Positions 19,365-28,526 are shown, counted from the stretch's first letter. The stretch is DNA of 64,000 nt from Alphaproteobacteria bacterium UBA6149 (GCA_002423155.1 DIUV01000045.1:3276-67275); one strand, 5' to 3'. The notes: a model not told the origin generated them from the sequence alone. Made by a program: numbers and translations.

Positions 19365-20528
19365 TTATTTCTTTCTCAAAAAGGGCAACTCCACATATCT
19401 ATAAGATAATATAGAAGCAAAAAGCACCAACCCAATGGCGAATAACAATACCAAAAGCAAATTCTCATTAGGATTAGCTTGAATATATTTTTTAATCTGC
19501 GGATTTTGAAAAACAAACAACAAAAGCGGCATGTGCCAAAGATATGTACTATAACTTATCTCGCCCAAATACACCACCAAACGATTAGCAAACAATATCT
19601 TAGTTAGCTTACCCTGAATAGTTATTCCCAAAACTATCAATAAAATAGCCACTCCTAACAGACTATCATAAAAAAACAAACTCGGATGCCCCAACCAAAA
19701 TTTCCCCTCCATACTCATCAAAAATTTAATCAGCAACCACACCGCAAAAACACCTCCGGCTAACAGCCCAAATTCTAAATAATTTTTATATTTAAATTGC
19801 TGTATCTGCTGATTATATTTCTCATAAATAAAAGCTCCCAACATCCCAAAGGCAAATAAATCAATTCTTCCGGGAAGTTGCCCAAATAGCCAAACCTTAT
19901 AAATAACTTCTTTATCAATAGCATAAGAAAAAACCATCATTTTATAGATTATAGCACCCCCCAAAGCAGCTAACACAAAATTATAAATTCCACTTTTGCG
20001 AATAAATAAAAACAACAACGGCAATAATAAATAAAAATCAAACTCCACAGGAACAGTCCAACTCACGCCATTAAGTTCCCAATTATAAACCGACGAAAAA
20101 TTATGAATCATCAATCCATGCATAATCCAATTAGTCCAGGTGGTGGATTGATAAAGCCCAAAGAAAGACAAAACTGCCAATATTACTAATTGAAAATAAT
20201 AAGCAGGCAAAATACGCTTAAAACGACGCTTAAAATATTCCAATAAATTTATTTTTTCACGCTGCCCCAACAAAACTCGTGCAAACGGCAAAAACAACAA
20301 AAACCCCGAAAGCACAAAAAACACCTGCACCCCCATCCAGCCATAAAAAAGCGGACGAATATTAACATGCAAAATCCGTTGCCAAGATTGCACCAGAGCA
20401 GAAACCATATCTGCATTTAAAAACAGCGGAATAATCACTGTCCGCACATGAAACAACACTACCCACCAAGCAGCCACCCCTCGCAACCCCGTTAATCCGT
20501 CAATCGTCGATGATAATTTTTGCGTCAT
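19365..20528 (-). CDS. Acyltransferase family 3 membrane protein (probable glycan O-acyltransferase)
   Basis: 387 aa with about 10 TM helices. The N-terminus (LTGLRGVAAWWVVLFHV) is typical of the acyltransferase_3 family. Confidence 0.75.
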   Translation of the reverse strand: MTQKLSSTIDGLTGLRGVAAWWVVLFHVRTVIIPLFLNADMVSALVQSWQRILHVNIRPLFYGWMGVQVFFVLSGFLLFLPFARVLLGQREKINLLEYFKRRFKRILPAYYFQLVILAVLSFFGLYQSTTWTNWIMHGLMIHNFSSVYNWELNGVSWTVPVEFDFYLLLPLLFLFIRKSGIYNFVLAALGGAIIYKMMVFSYAIDKEVIYKVWLFGQLPGRIDLFAFGMLGAFIYEKYNQQIQQFKYKNYLEFGLLAGGVFAVWLLIKFLMSMEGKFWLGHPSLFFYDSLLGVAILLIVLGITIQGKLTKILFANRLVVYLGEISYSTYLWHMPLLLFVFQNPQIKKYIQANPNENLLLVLLFAIGLVLFASILSYRYVELPFLRKK

Positions 20529-20675
20529 AAAAAAATTGAAATAAAAAGATAGGCATATATATTGCTTAATTAAGAGTATAAATTAAGATATGTCAAAAAG
20601 GTAATAATTTGAAACCGCTATTACTCGCCGCTAGCCTCATCAGTTTAACCAGCTGGGTGTTATTATCCGCCAATA

Positions 20676-20684
20676 CCCCCCCCC
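20676..20684 (+). repeat. Homopolymeric poly-C tract (9 C by manual count)
   Basis: caata-ccccccccc-gatt. It separates a TTG-initiated signal-peptide ORF (20609-20740) from the long ORF frame, which is open from 20649. Confidence 0.8.
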
Positions 20685-20732
20685 GATTATCTGCCAATTT
20701 CACGCAATACGCCTTTATATATCACACCACAA

Positions 20733-22310
20733 ATGCGTGAATTAAACTTGCTAGACGCAGCCAGCCGCAAGAATTTAAATAATCTCTTTCAAGAATTAGA
20801 GCCAGAAGGTGCCAAAGGGATGGTACAAATGGGCTACACGCTTAGCCTACCTATTTATAATTTTTATAAAAAAAAGCACGGAAATTGGCAATTCAACCAA
20901 AAAGCCATCGAAGATATTCTCGCGCAAGCCGCAATTATCAACCGCCCCTTTGTTGTATATATCGCTGCTGACCATTTCTTTGGTGAATCTGATTATGGAA
21001 AATATCTTGCGAGCCTGCCTGAAAGCCTAATGCAATTTCAAGATGGTAGCGTGCCGAAGGAAAAATATTTCCAAACTGCCATCATACCCTTTCGCATCAG
21101 CAACAATCCTAATTTACCGCATATTAGAGCAAAAATTACCGCATTAAAAATTATTGCCCAACAATTAGCGGATTTTCGCAAAAAACATCCTAATTTATTA
21201 ATTGCTATAACCCTCAATGGTGAAACCCATTATTTATTTGAAAATTTTTTCTCAGGAACGGGAAATTTTAAGAACCCCCGCTTCACCGATTTCAGCCCAG
21301 ATGCAGTAAATGAATTTCGAACCTATCTAAACAAACAATCCGAATATAGTTTACGCGCAAAGGAAATAAAAAAAATAAATTTTGAGCATTACCCATGGGG
21401 TACTTATCCTTTTTTTGGCTGGTATTGCGGCAATCATGAGCAAGAAAAAATCATTATTTATCATAATGGAGCTCGCCTAGCCCCCGCAGAAATGCAACTA
21501 AACCGCATGGATGTTTATGAAGCGCTACCACAATTACAAAACCCCAATTGCGGATTTCGTTACGATATTGATTTTAGCAAATGGTCGCGAGGGACGCACC
21601 GCATTGAAGCGATATTAGAATATAACGACAAGCAATACTCGCTAGATAACAACCAATTAATCTTGCAATTAGGCGACAAAATCACCCCAACCAGCGAGCC
21701 CAAAATTCTACCTAATATCCGCAAAATAAATCGGTTTAATCCCCTTAAAAATAAAGGATATGTAGACCGTGGAAGTAACCAACCCGTATTAGTAAATTAT
21801 ATTCCCCTCGCTCGCCACTGGATGAATTTTCGTGCCGATTCCATAGTTTTGCACCAAAACATGCTAGGAAAAATATTTTCTGATGCAAGTATTCCAACCG
21901 ATATTATTTATAATTATCAACTGCCCCCATTTATGAATGGGGACTGGAATAATGAATTATTTGGCATAGGAAAAGATTTTTTTCAGCAATCAAATTTACT
22001 ATCAGGGGTCACCTTATATGGGGGAAACACCCTTAACCAAGAATTATTTAAACATATACCTCACAACAAAAAATATGGCATACCTGAATTTCACCCTCAA
22101 ATAGAACAAAACCCCTATATTGCTGAGCAGTCCTTACGCTTCCACGCCGCCCAAGGAGCTAGCTTCATCTCCCCTTATTTTATGGATACAGGTGACAAAC
22201 GCCTAAATGATGGCAGCGGCACCCATAAACAAATGCTGATTGAAGCAAACAACCCTCATAAAGGCTCAAATTATCTTTATAAAGCAATCAAAAAAATTCT
22301 CGCCTACTAA
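20733..22310 (+). CDS. Hypothetical protein, possibly a glycoside-hydrolase-like TIM-barrel protein; 5' end apparently frameshifted
   Basis: A 525-codon ORF, but the reading frame is already open from 20649. An upstream out-of-frame leader encodes (M)KPLLLAASLISLTSWVLLSA. The functional guess rests only on a weak resemblance (FTDFSPDAVNEFRTYL) and on its glycan-gene neighbours. Confidence 0.5.
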   Translation: MRELNLLDAASRKNLNNLFQELEPEGAKGMVQMGYTLSLPIYNFYKKKHGNWQFNQKAIEDILAQAAIINRPFVVYIAADHFFGESDYGKYLASLPESLMQFQDGSVPKEKYFQTAIIPFRISNNPNLPHIRAKITALKIIAQQLADFRKKHPNLLIAITLNGETHYLFENFFSGTGNFKNPRFTDFSPDAVNEFRTYLNKQSEYSLRAKEIKKINFEHYPWGTYPFFGWYCGNHEQEKIIIYHNGARLAPAEMQLNRMDVYEALPQLQNPNCGFRYDIDFSKWSRGTHRIEAILEYNDKQYSLDNNQLILQLGDKITPTSEPKILPNIRKINRFNPLKNKGYVDRGSNQPVLVNYIPLARHWMNFRADSIVLHQNMLGKIFSDASIPTDIIYNYQLPPFMNGDWNNELFGIGKDFFQQSNLLSGVTLYGGNTLNQELFKHIPHNKKYGIPEFHPQIEQNPYIAEQSLRFHAAQGASFISPYFMDTGDKRLNDGSGTHKQMLIEANNPHKGSNYLYKAIKKILAY

Positions 22311-22313
22311 TAA

Positions 22314-24704
22314 TTAATCTCCCAGCTTAACAAAAACCCCCACCTCATTAACCGCCAAACCATAATAATCATTCAATAAATTAGCATAGGCAACATCATC
22401 AGGCTTATACATTTTCCGAGAAGTATCAATCGCCAACAAAGTGTCATTCAGCGCAGCAGGATTTTTTGCCAATTCCAGTGGCAAGACCACGCCTCCAGCT
22501 TCTTTAACCCGACGACCATGCGCCCCCAAATCAAACGCCACAGCAGGAATACCAAAGCGGAAGGCATGCGACAAAGCATAACAATAAGTCTCAGGCCAAA
22601 CAGAGGCGACGAAAATCAAATGTGGTTGATTCTTTTCTAATAAATCGCGCATATCTTCGTCTTTATATGCGCCTGTAATAGTCAATTTTTCATTTTCTTC
22701 ATACAAATTCGGATGGTTAGCATAACCAATAATAGTAAAATGAATATGCAGATTACGCACAAATGCGTCTCCTAACAAATCATTCAGCACATTTGCCCCT
22801 TTAAATCCACTCAGCGCACCAATAATAGCCACTTGCAGAGTCTCTTCCGGATCACGTGGGGCGAAGTTTAAATCATTATCATTAGAAAAACTTTCCGCAT
22901 GAATCTTTAGTTCAACAGGCGCTTGTGGAAAATAAGTTAAAATACGTTTTTCCACATCCATATCGGGCACAAATACCTTACGCGCATTTTCTAATAAACG
23001 CTGATATTGTAAACGCCATTGCCAAACAGGCCACGCCCCTGCGTGGGAAGGATTGCTGGTGATGCAGCGCTCACAATCCGACATTTCCGGCTCACCACAA
23101 TAAAAATCATTTCCATCCACCATATTAATACGTGGACAAACATAATAATAATCATGCACCGTCACATCATAAGCTACATCTAAAGCCTTAGATAATTCTG
23201 TAATAAAATCAACAATCCGCTGCTCAAAACTAATCGTGTGATGAATATGCACATGACCAATTGCCAATTCTAACAAAGCCGAAAAAAACGAGTGCTGATC
23301 CAGCTCCATCGAATAATCTAAATTGGGAGTATGTAAAATATTAGTGTGTGAAAGATTGATTATACCCTTAATTTCCAAATCATTAACTGGCTGCAACAAA
23401 AACGCGCCAATATTTTCCCGCTGTAATTCCTGCGCCATCTCCAACAGATGCTTATGTGTGCCGCCACCAAGATTATGGCTAACCAACAACATATTACCTT
23501 GCCCACAAGCCCGACGCAGCCGTGCCACATCTAAATTTCTTCGAAGCGGCAAAGCGGGATCATCAGCAATAAAACGCTGCACGCTTTGCGCATAATCAGG
23601 ATATAAATTATTGATTATTTTCAGGGCTTTTTCCACCCGTTTTTGCTTTTCTCCAGCAAAAGAGGTGCCGCCTAAATGGCGTACAAAAATTTCCCCAGCT
23701 AATTTATGCTTCCAGCCTTTACGGAGCGCACGCAGGCAAAAATCATTTTCCTCACCATAACCACGCCCAAAAGTTTCCTCATCAAAATAGCCAACTTGTT
23801 TCAAACAGCTGCGTTTAATAAACATACAAAAACCCACCGCCGTAGGCACATCACAACTCAAGCCCTCATTTACATTGGCGGCTAACGCATCTAATTCACC
23901 ATAAGGCAATTCCAATGCCATCCAATTATCACGCACAAAATAGGGATAACTGCAAATCTCGGCATTGTTAGATAAAGGCGTAACTGTCCCCGTTGCTTCC
24001 TCGGCATAGGCAACGGCGCATAATCTATCGAGCCAATTATTATAAACTTCGGTATCGGCATTCAAAAGCACCACATCACGCACCTCATGCAGACGCATAC
24101 CGCGATTAACCGTTGCCACAAATCCCTGATTTTTATCATGCTCTAACAGGGTAAATAATCCTTCCGCCGACAAACGCCGCAAACTCGCCGCCAAAACATC
24201 ATCCGGACTGCGGTCATTAATTACCACCAACTCAAAAGGTGTTTTATTAGGTGATGCCAAAACCGAATAAATTGCATTTAAAGTCTCTGCCAGACCTGAA
24301 TAAACAGGCATAATCACATCAATAATCTTGCGCGTATCCACATCACGCACTCTATCTCCACGATGATGCGCCCAAGTGGGCAAAGCATTCCACATCAGTT
24401 CAGTGGGTGTACTGGGCACAGGTGCAAGATTTTCCTTTGCTGCCGCTTCATCATTAAAAATCGCATTAATCCGCCGTGCACCGGAACGCTGCTTCAACCA
24501 GGATTGATAAGTAGAACTACGCAGAACAAACATGTCCAAAGAAAGAAAAATCATATCTTTCAGTACAATGCGCGTCTTATGGGGAATGGGTAAAAAACGA
24601 TATAATGCCAGCCCAAGCGAAGAAGAACTCCGCACCAATTGCACAATTTTGTGCTTTCTACGCCAGATTTTTTCTAGTAATGAGGCTTTAGAATCATTGC
24701 GCAC
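22314..24704 (-). CDS. Two-domain glycosyltransferase (GT2 domain plus C-terminal GT1/GT4-like domain)
   Basis: The GT2 core is VIMPVYSGLAETLNAI...VVINDRSPDD...NQGFVATVNRG...LLNADTEV...GEENDFCLRALRKGW. The C-terminal part has a GT-B-like ending (FVASVWPETYCYALSHAFRFGIPAVAFDLGAHGRRV). Confidence 0.75.
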   Translation of the reverse strand: MRNDSKASLLEKIWRRKHKIVQLVRSSSSLGLALYRFLPIPHKTRIVLKDMIFLSLDMFVLRSSTYQSWLKQRSGARRINAIFNDEAAAKENLAPVPSTPTELMWNALPTWAHHRGDRVRDVDTRKIIDVIMPVYSGLAETLNAIYSVLASPNKTPFELVVINDRSPDDVLAASLRRLSAEGLFTLLEHDKNQGFVATVNRGMRLHEVRDVVLLNADTEVYNNWLDRLCAVAYAEEATGTVTPLSNNAEICSYPYFVRDNWMALELPYGELDALAANVNEGLSCDVPTAVGFCMFIKRSCLKQVGYFDEETFGRGYGEENDFCLRALRKGWKHKLAGEIFVRHLGGTSFAGEKQKRVEKALKIINNLYPDYAQSVQRFIADDPALPLRRNLDVARLRRACGQGNMLLVSHNLGGGTHKHLLEMAQELQRENIGAFLLQPVNDLEIKGIINLSHTNILHTPNLDYSMELDQHSFFSALLELAIGHVHIHHTISFEQRIVDFITELSKALDVAYDVTVHDYYYVCPRINMVDGNDFYCGEPEMSDCERCITSNPSHAGAWPVWQWRLQYQRLLENARKVFVPDMDVEKRILTYFPQAPVELKIHAESFSNDNDLNFAPRDPEETLQVAIIGALSGFKGANVLNDLLGDAFVRNLHIHFTIIGYANHPNLYEENEKLTITGAYKDEDMRDLLEKNQPHLIFVASVWPETYCYALSHAFRFGIPAVAFDLGAHGRRVKEAGGVVLPLELAKNPAALNDTLLAIDTSRKMYKPDDVAYANLLNDYYGLAVNEVGVFVKLGD

Positions 24705-24995
24705 GTTTTTATCCCATAAGTTTTAAGAGCATTTTTATAATTGCCAACTAAATAGCCTGTTCCTCCCCTCTCATGCAACCCCGAATTTTATGTTGCATAA
24801 ATACAACAATCATATAAATCAACCCCTTAAAACGGAGGGTAAGCTTTATTTATCATGCACCGCAACAATAAATGATTATAGTAGATCTATCATCGTTACA
24901 ATTGTGCTTAGATTTAATTAACTGCACAAATATAAGTGGCGAGCGTAAATTTATAAAATATTCAAATTACAAAGATTAATATAAGGATTTTCAAA

Positions 24996-25538
24996 ATGGC
25001 TTCTCTTAAAACTATCTTGCTTACCAGCGCAATCGTGCTTGCTCCGTTGGCAGTTTCTGCTCAAACTTTCGATGTAGTTAAAAACACACATGGTCACATA
25101 GTTAAAAACTCTTTCAACAATTGCGTAATTACTAAATGGGAAAATAGTGCAGCTGCATGTTCTGACGACACTATCAACCAAGACATGCTAACTGTTTATT
25201 TCGGTTTCAACTCTTCTGCTTTAACTCCTGCTACTACGCAAAAACTAGACATTATTGCAAAACTTATCCTAGATAAAAAGACTGTACAAAATGTTGACAT
25301 CGTAGGCTATGCCGATGTTATCGGAAGAGATGGTTACAACGAAAAACTTTCTCAAAAACGCGCGAAAAAAGTAGCAAAATACTTAAAATCTCGTGGTATT
25401 GACACAGCAAATATCTCTATCCAGGCTCGCGGTTCAGATGCTCCTGTTTCTGATTGCTCAGGCACTAAAGGTTCAGAGCGCAAAGCTTGCCTATGGCGCG
25501 ACCGTCGCGTTGAAATCAAATTAAACGAAGTGAAATAA
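24996..25538 (+). CDS. OmpA-family peptidoglycan-associated protein
   Basis: The signal peptide is MASLKTILLTSAIVLAPLAVSAQT. The OmpA-like domain reads VYFGFNSSALTP...IVGYADVIGRDGYNEKLSQKRAKKVAKYL...RDRRVEI. Confidence 0.85.
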   Translation: MASLKTILLTSAIVLAPLAVSAQTFDVVKNTHGHIVKNSFNNCVITKWENSAAACSDDTINQDMLTVYFGFNSSALTPATTQKLDIIAKLILDKKTVQNVDIVGYADVIGRDGYNEKLSQKRAKKVAKYLKSRGIDTANISIQARGSDAPVSDCSGTKGSERKACLWRDRRVEIKLNEVK

Positions 25539-25560
25539 TTTTGTTTAGTCTATAAAAAGA

Positions 25561-25590
25561 GGGAAGCAGGGTAACCTGCTTCCCTTTTTT
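25561..25590 (+). terminator. Rho-independent terminator after the OmpA-family gene
   Basis: A perfect 10-bp GC-rich stem (gggaagcagg / cctgcttccc) with a gtaa tetraloop, followed by tttttt. Confidence 0.85.
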
Positions 25591-25624
25591 GTATAAAATA
25601 ACCACACCAACGAAAAAAAACAAA

Positions 25625-26401
25625 ATGCAAAAAATCGGCTGTGTAGCAGACATTACAAAAAAAGCGCAAGATACCATGCGTGAGTTAATCTCGCGTTATA
25701 ATGTCATTGATTTAATGGCGAATAAACGCAGCAATGTCGATGTAATCGTCGTACTCGGCGGTGATGGCTTCATGCTGCAAATGTTACATAAATTCATCGA
25801 ACGCAAAACTCCAATTTACGGCATAAATTGTGGAACCGTGGGCTTTTTGATGAATAATTACAATATCAATGAACTGCCCGACCGCATCAACGGCGCAAGC
25901 GAAACTCGCCTACACCCACTTTCCATGTACACTCGCTGCGTAAATGGCAAAGAAAGTGAAACCCTCGCCATAAATGAAGTTTCTCTCTTCCGCGAAGGTC
26001 GCCAAGCTGCCAAAATCCGCGTAACTATCGACCATGTAGTGCGCTTACAAGAATTAATTGGTGATGGCATATTAGTTGCCACCCCCGCAGGCAGTACTGC
26101 TTATAATTTCTCCGCTGGCGGACCCATCATCCCTCTGGGCGGCAACGTAATCGCCCTCACCCCACTTGCCCCCTTCCGCCCCAGACGCTGGAAAGGCGCA
26201 TTATTAAACCATAATGCCTGCGTAAATTTTGAAATATTAGAATCCGATAAACGCCCAGTAAGTGCAGTAGCTGATTTCACCGAAATCCGCGACGTAATCT
26301 CGGTTGCCATTAGCGAACAACGCAAAATCAGCATTCCCTTATTATTCGATTTAGAACATAATTTGGAAGAGCGGATTACCAAGGAACAATTTATTTATTA
26401 G
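25625..26401 (+). CDS. nadK: NAD kinase
   Basis: VVLGGDGFML, ATPAGSTAYNFSAGGPI. Start chosen at the ATG at 25625, because the TTG at 25589 lies inside the upstream terminator. Confidence 0.88.
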   Translation: MQKIGCVADITKKAQDTMRELISRYNVIDLMANKRSNVDVIVVLGGDGFMLQMLHKFIERKTPIYGINCGTVGFLMNNYNINELPDRINGASETRLHPLSMYTRCVNGKESETLAINEVSLFREGRQAAKIRVTIDHVVRLQELIGDGILVATPAGSTAYNFSAGGPIIPLGGNVIALTPLAPFRPRRWKGALLNHNACVNFEILESDKRPVSAVADFTEIRDVISVAISEQRKISIPLLFDLEHNLEERITKEQFIY

Positions 26402-26414
26402 TTGAGAACTATAT

Positions 26415-26526
26415 ATGTATTATTTTAAATTACGCCCGTAATTTAAAATAATACATTCAGTCGCCACTAAGGCTAACGCGGCACTCGCCGCGGTCTTGCT
26501 ACGCTAAGACTATAGCAATTTCAAGT
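26415..26526 (-). repeat. Family-C composite repeat (copy C1, inverted orientation)
   Basis: The reverse complement reads acttgaaattgctatag-[hairpin]-ccgcggcgagtgccgcgttagccttagtggcgactgaa, followed by a 19-bp AT-rich palindrome (26415-26456). It matches the copies at 33828-33944 and 57342-57414. Confidence 0.75.
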
Positions 26527-26545
26527 ATCTTTTATGTAAATAAAA

Positions 26546-26953
26546 TTAGAAATTGCTATACTTACTCAATTCCTGCAACAAATCCTGCCGAGTTTCTTCC
26601 GAGATAATCATATTGGCTTTATTTTGCACCAACTTATTTTGCACCAACTTATTTTCCAATGGCTTATTTTCCAATGGCTTATTTTCCACAAGCGGAGTCA
26701 CAATTTTTGCCTCAAGGGGAACAACAGGAGCAGGCTTCGCATTGCCAAAACTGCTAAGTAACAAAGCCAAACACACATTAACCATCACCACCAATACAAT
26801 CACCGCCCAGGTAAAATTCTTTACCACCAGCAAATCCTCGTCCGCGGGTTCCAACAAGGGTGATTTACTCTCAATATATTTATTTTCACTATATTTGCTT
26901 TTAATATCATCAAGCGGCTTCAGTGCTTCTGCTTTGAACAATATATTGTCCAT
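26546..26953 (-). CDS. Hypothetical single-pass membrane protein with pentapeptide tandem repeats
   Basis: 135 aa with a central TM helix (FTWAVIVLVVMVNVCLALLLSSF), then ENKPLENKPLENKLVQNKLVQNK encoded by 15-bp tandem repeats. Confidence 0.5.
   Translation of the reverse strand: MDNILFKAEALKPLDDIKSKYSENKYIESKSPLLEPADEDLLVVKNFTWAVIVLVVMVNVCLALLLSSFGNAKPAPVVPLEAKIVTPLVENKPLENKPLENKLVQNKLVQNKANMIISEETRQDLLQELSKYSNF
26621..26688. repeat. 15-bp tandem repeat, about 4.5 units in two variants
   Basis: attttgcaccaactt x2, then attttccaatggctt x2, then a partial unit. It is in frame within the ORF at 26546..26953. Confidence 0.85.
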
Positions 26954-27001
26954 TAGCCAACCTCTTTGTTGTAATTGTATAATAAACTGCTAAAAGCATG
27001 T

Positions 27002-27192
27002 TAGACTAAATAATAAACTAATTGTAGCAACACATCTGCGCCGTTTTTTCCTCTTCAAAATCCTCACGTAGCACAGCTACGCTGCCCCTTCTCTAAAAAC
27101 ATGACATTAAGTCATGTTTTTTAAACGTTCAGGGTTTCATCAGAAAGAAACGACACATCTGCGTTACTACAATTAGTTTATGGTGCAGTCTA
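27002..27192. repeat. Family-E palindromic element
   Basis: The terminal inverted repeats are tagact..ataaactaattgtagcaac (27002-27030) and gttactacaattagtttat..agtcta (27163-27192). The internal hairpin is aaaaacatgac-attaa-gtcatgttttt. Confidence 0.7.
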
Positions 27193-27244
27193 TTTAATAT
27201 TAAATATAAAATATATTACAATATAAAACTAAAAGGCTTATGCA

Positions 27245-28291
27245 ATGAAATCTGCTCCGAGTGAAGCTTTACCCGACTTTTTTGAAATATCATCTAATTC
27301 AAAAAAAGCTTTAAAAATAATGGAAGATAATCAAATTGCGCCTAACCCACGTAATTATTCTATCTGGTATCATTACGCACAAGCGGATGACAGCACGCTC
27401 ACCCAAGAAATAGACCGTGCCATTGAAGGAGGGGTAACCTTTGATGATAATGTAAGCTCATATATTTATGACAAATATCTGCTGAATGATGAAAATAACC
27501 TGAACAAGGTAGCCAATGAAAGCACACAAACAAAACAAATATTGAATGATATCTTCAATAGTGTCAGCAAATTATCTGGCAATGCAGATGAATACCAACA
27601 ACAAATGGAACAACATATCAGCAGCTTACGCAATGTGGGCGACAGTAAAAACATTGCTGAATTGCTCTCCAAAATCATAAAAAGCTCAGTTGCCCTCCGT
27701 GAGAACAGCTTGCAAATGCAAAAAAAATTAGATGAATCACAACAAGAAGTATCTAACTTACGCCAAACTCTAGCAAAAACCACAGCAGAAGCCGAACGGG
27801 ATTTTCTCACCGGAGTTTATAACCGCAAAGTATTAGACAAACGCTTTGACGAATTATCCACCATCGCCAACGAACAGAAAACTCCGTTAAGCCTCCTAAT
27901 GGTAGATATAGATTTCTTCAAGAAACTCAACGACAAACACGGACATTTAATTGGTGACGAGGCTTTAAAAATCGTCGCCCGCATCCTCAATGACGGCGTG
28001 CGCGGAAAAGACGTAATCGCCCGTTACGGCGGCGAGGAATTCGCCATATTACTCCCCAACACCCCTTTACAAGGCGCCATGGTAGTGGCAGACTCACTCC
28101 GCCAAGCAATTGCCAGAAAAGAAATAAAACGCACTGACACGGATGAAATGATTGGCAGAATAACCGTATCCATCGGCACCACCGAATGGAAGCCAGAAAT
28201 AGACTCGGTTCCTTTGTTCATCAAACGCGCCGATTCAGCATTATACCGCGCTAAGCATGAAGGCAGAAACCGCGTGATTGGCGAAATTTAG
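27245..28291 (+). CDS. Diguanylate cyclase (GGDEF domain, GGEEF active site plus RxxD I-site) with a coiled-coil N-terminal region
   Basis: The A-site is RYGGEEFAILL (GGEEF at 28028-28042). The I-site RGKD lies 5 residues upstream (28001-12). Also DFLTGVYNRK and the DIDFFKKLNDKHGHLIGDEALK pattern. Confidence 0.88.
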   Translation: MKSAPSEALPDFFEISSNSKKALKIMEDNQIAPNPRNYSIWYHYAQADDSTLTQEIDRAIEGGVTFDDNVSSYIYDKYLLNDENNLNKVANESTQTKQILNDIFNSVSKLSGNADEYQQQMEQHISSLRNVGDSKNIAELLSKIIKSSVALRENSLQMQKKLDESQQEVSNLRQTLAKTTAEAERDFLTGVYNRKVLDKRFDELSTIANEQKTPLSLLMVDIDFFKKLNDKHGHLIGDEALKIVARILNDGVRGKDVIARYGGEEFAILLPNTPLQGAMVVADSLRQAIARKEIKRTDTDEMIGRITVSIGTTEWKPEIDSVPLFIKRADSALYRAKHEGRNRVIGEI

Positions 28292-28332
28292 ATAACTATA
28301 AAACAATGAGAAGAAAGGCCAAAAATAATTAG

Positions 28333-28526
28333 CAGGGCAAAAGCACCAATCGTTAATTTTGTCTTTTTGCGATAAAATTCACCATTGTCATACCGCTGTA
28401 GAGCGGTATCCATGCCAAACCATTGGCTTTTCAGCTTGTTGATAGGCATGGATACCGTCCTGCGACGGTATGACGATGGATAATTTAGTAAAAACAACGA
28501 AATTAACGATTTATGATTTTGCCCTG
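28333..28526. repeat. Family-B long-form nested palindromic element (copy B3)
   Basis: A palindrome of about 194 bp, from cagggcaaaagcaccaatcgttaattttgtcttttt... to ...aacgaaattaacgatttatgattttgccctg. The core is gtcataccgctgtagagcggtatccatgcc / ggcatggataccgtcctgcgacggtatgac. Confidence 0.85.

Noticed and set aside
20733-22310. The 525-aa GH-like protein as the missing PelA hydrolase/deacetylase.
   Set aside because: It lies 20 kb away in a different glycan cluster. I see no deacetylase metal-binding motif pattern, and the GH resemblance itself is weak. The idea cannot be supported without profile searches.
25589-25624. A TTG-initiated N-terminal extension of nadK; similar upstream extensions exist for efp (51533), suhB (52224), pelE (47082), pelF (48194), the DUF1640 gene (37630) and the lipoprotein gene (4026).
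   Set aside because: The extensions overlap a terminator, a repeat element or the preceding gene, and they add non-conserved residues. Internal ATG starts give canonical N-termini (MQKIG.., [11 protein letters not shown].., MINHFNNK.., and so on).
28288-28497. Short ORFs spanning family-B elements (28288..28497, 58884..59069, 18236..18547).
   Set aside because: Their sequences are nearly the same peptide wherever the repeat occurs (..YRRRTVSMPINK.. / ..GMDTALQRYDNGEF..). This is repeat read-through, not conserved coding potential.
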